A stretch of 64,000 bases of DNA from Albugo candida (lineage: Eukaryota): the NCBI GenBank assembly GCA_040437565.1, contig JBDOQK010000021.1, positions 62,001 to 126,000 on the forward strand. Direction: 5' to 3'. A model generated the notes under the pieces. That model saw only the letters and a program-made list of their open reading frames with translations, did not search any database and had not been told where the DNA came from. The number at the start of each line of letters is the position of its first letter. The stretch's first letter is position 1. Below, piece by piece: positions 63,287 through 64,000 of this stretch. The position numbers and the translations under genes were made by a program.

Positions 63287-64000
63287 GTTACGTTACATTA
63301 TACTTACGATGACTTTCCTAAAAGCTAGCTATGTGATAAAATACAATGAAAGCTATATCAAAGGAGCCTGACTGTGGGTGAAGGAACTGGTTATACTGGA
63401 AAGCGGTAAATCTCTTGAGTATGTCCATCATGGTTGAAAGGGAGGTCTTAAAACGTTGTGGAGAACGCGTCATAATGGGATGGGTAAGAGTGGCATAATA
63501 ATGAATGTGTTGGTGGAAATCGCTTTTGCTTGATGCAAGATAAAAGCTGAGTTGGTCACTTGGTGTTTGTAGAGGCAGTGATTACGATGGAGCCATAAGG
63601 TGCGAAGCAAACAACCTCGAAGACAGTGTAGAATGGGGAGAGGAATTTGTGATGTAATGGTCTTGGTGTCGCGAGGACGCAGTCGTAGATCTTTGTACAA
63701 AAGTAGACTAGTCCAATTTAAAGGTTGATTGTAGACGAAGTTGAAGGGCTGCGAGTAAAAGGACCGTAGTATACGAGCTAACGGACAGTCCCAAAAAAAG
63801 GTGACGAGGTGTCTCGATATCTGATCACCCATGAACGCACAAAGTAGATAGCTGATACTTGTAGCGACAACCAAGGGTGTTGTGAAGGAGACGAAAAACC
63901 AAATCGGAGCACACAGGCAATAAGTAGCGATTCAGTGAGTGTTGTTCTGTCCAAAAGTTCGGTGGTAACGAAATGGAGAGGTTGTCGGCTGTGATACCAA
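63287..64000 (-). mobile_element. LINE 3' end (different family): ORF2 C-terminal Cys/His region plus tail
   Basis: Minus strand LLPVCSDLVFRLLHNTLG...LCVHG..DIETP / FFWDCPLA / LLRTLWLHRN. Putative tail ...AATGTAACGTAAC. Continues beyond the window. Confidence 0.7.

Overview
Eukaryotic draft scaffold with 21 gaps of 100 N. It is most likely an oomycete of the Albugo (white rust) type, judged from a CHxC/CCG effector motif and oomycete-type Copia/LINE proteins. A gene-dense core at about 24.9-41.0 kb holds a coiled-coil protein, transportin-1, a membrane protein, BORA-like and PROSER3-like genes, unassigned spliced genes and a DMT/SLC35-type transporter. It is flanked by two gene-poor, transposon-rich blocks: two complete but decayed Copia elements with LTRs and TSDs, a MULE transposon and derivatives, hAT-like elements, MITEs, several L1/Tx1-type LINE pieces and two tRNA-derived SINE families. 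The main finding is an apparent sequence-specific LINE+SINE retrotransposition system. Five 3' tails all end directly at TGAGCT (once TGGGCC), the complement of the tRNA A-box core AGCTCA. TSDs are 14-15 bp where they can be seen. One locus is a LINE-SINE-LINE tandem stack spaced by a 14-mer that reads as tRNA nucleotides 1-14 (GCCTCGGTAGCTCA), and one SINE sits head-to-head at the A-box of another SINE. Many local duplications flanking gaps are probably assembly or haplotype artifacts.
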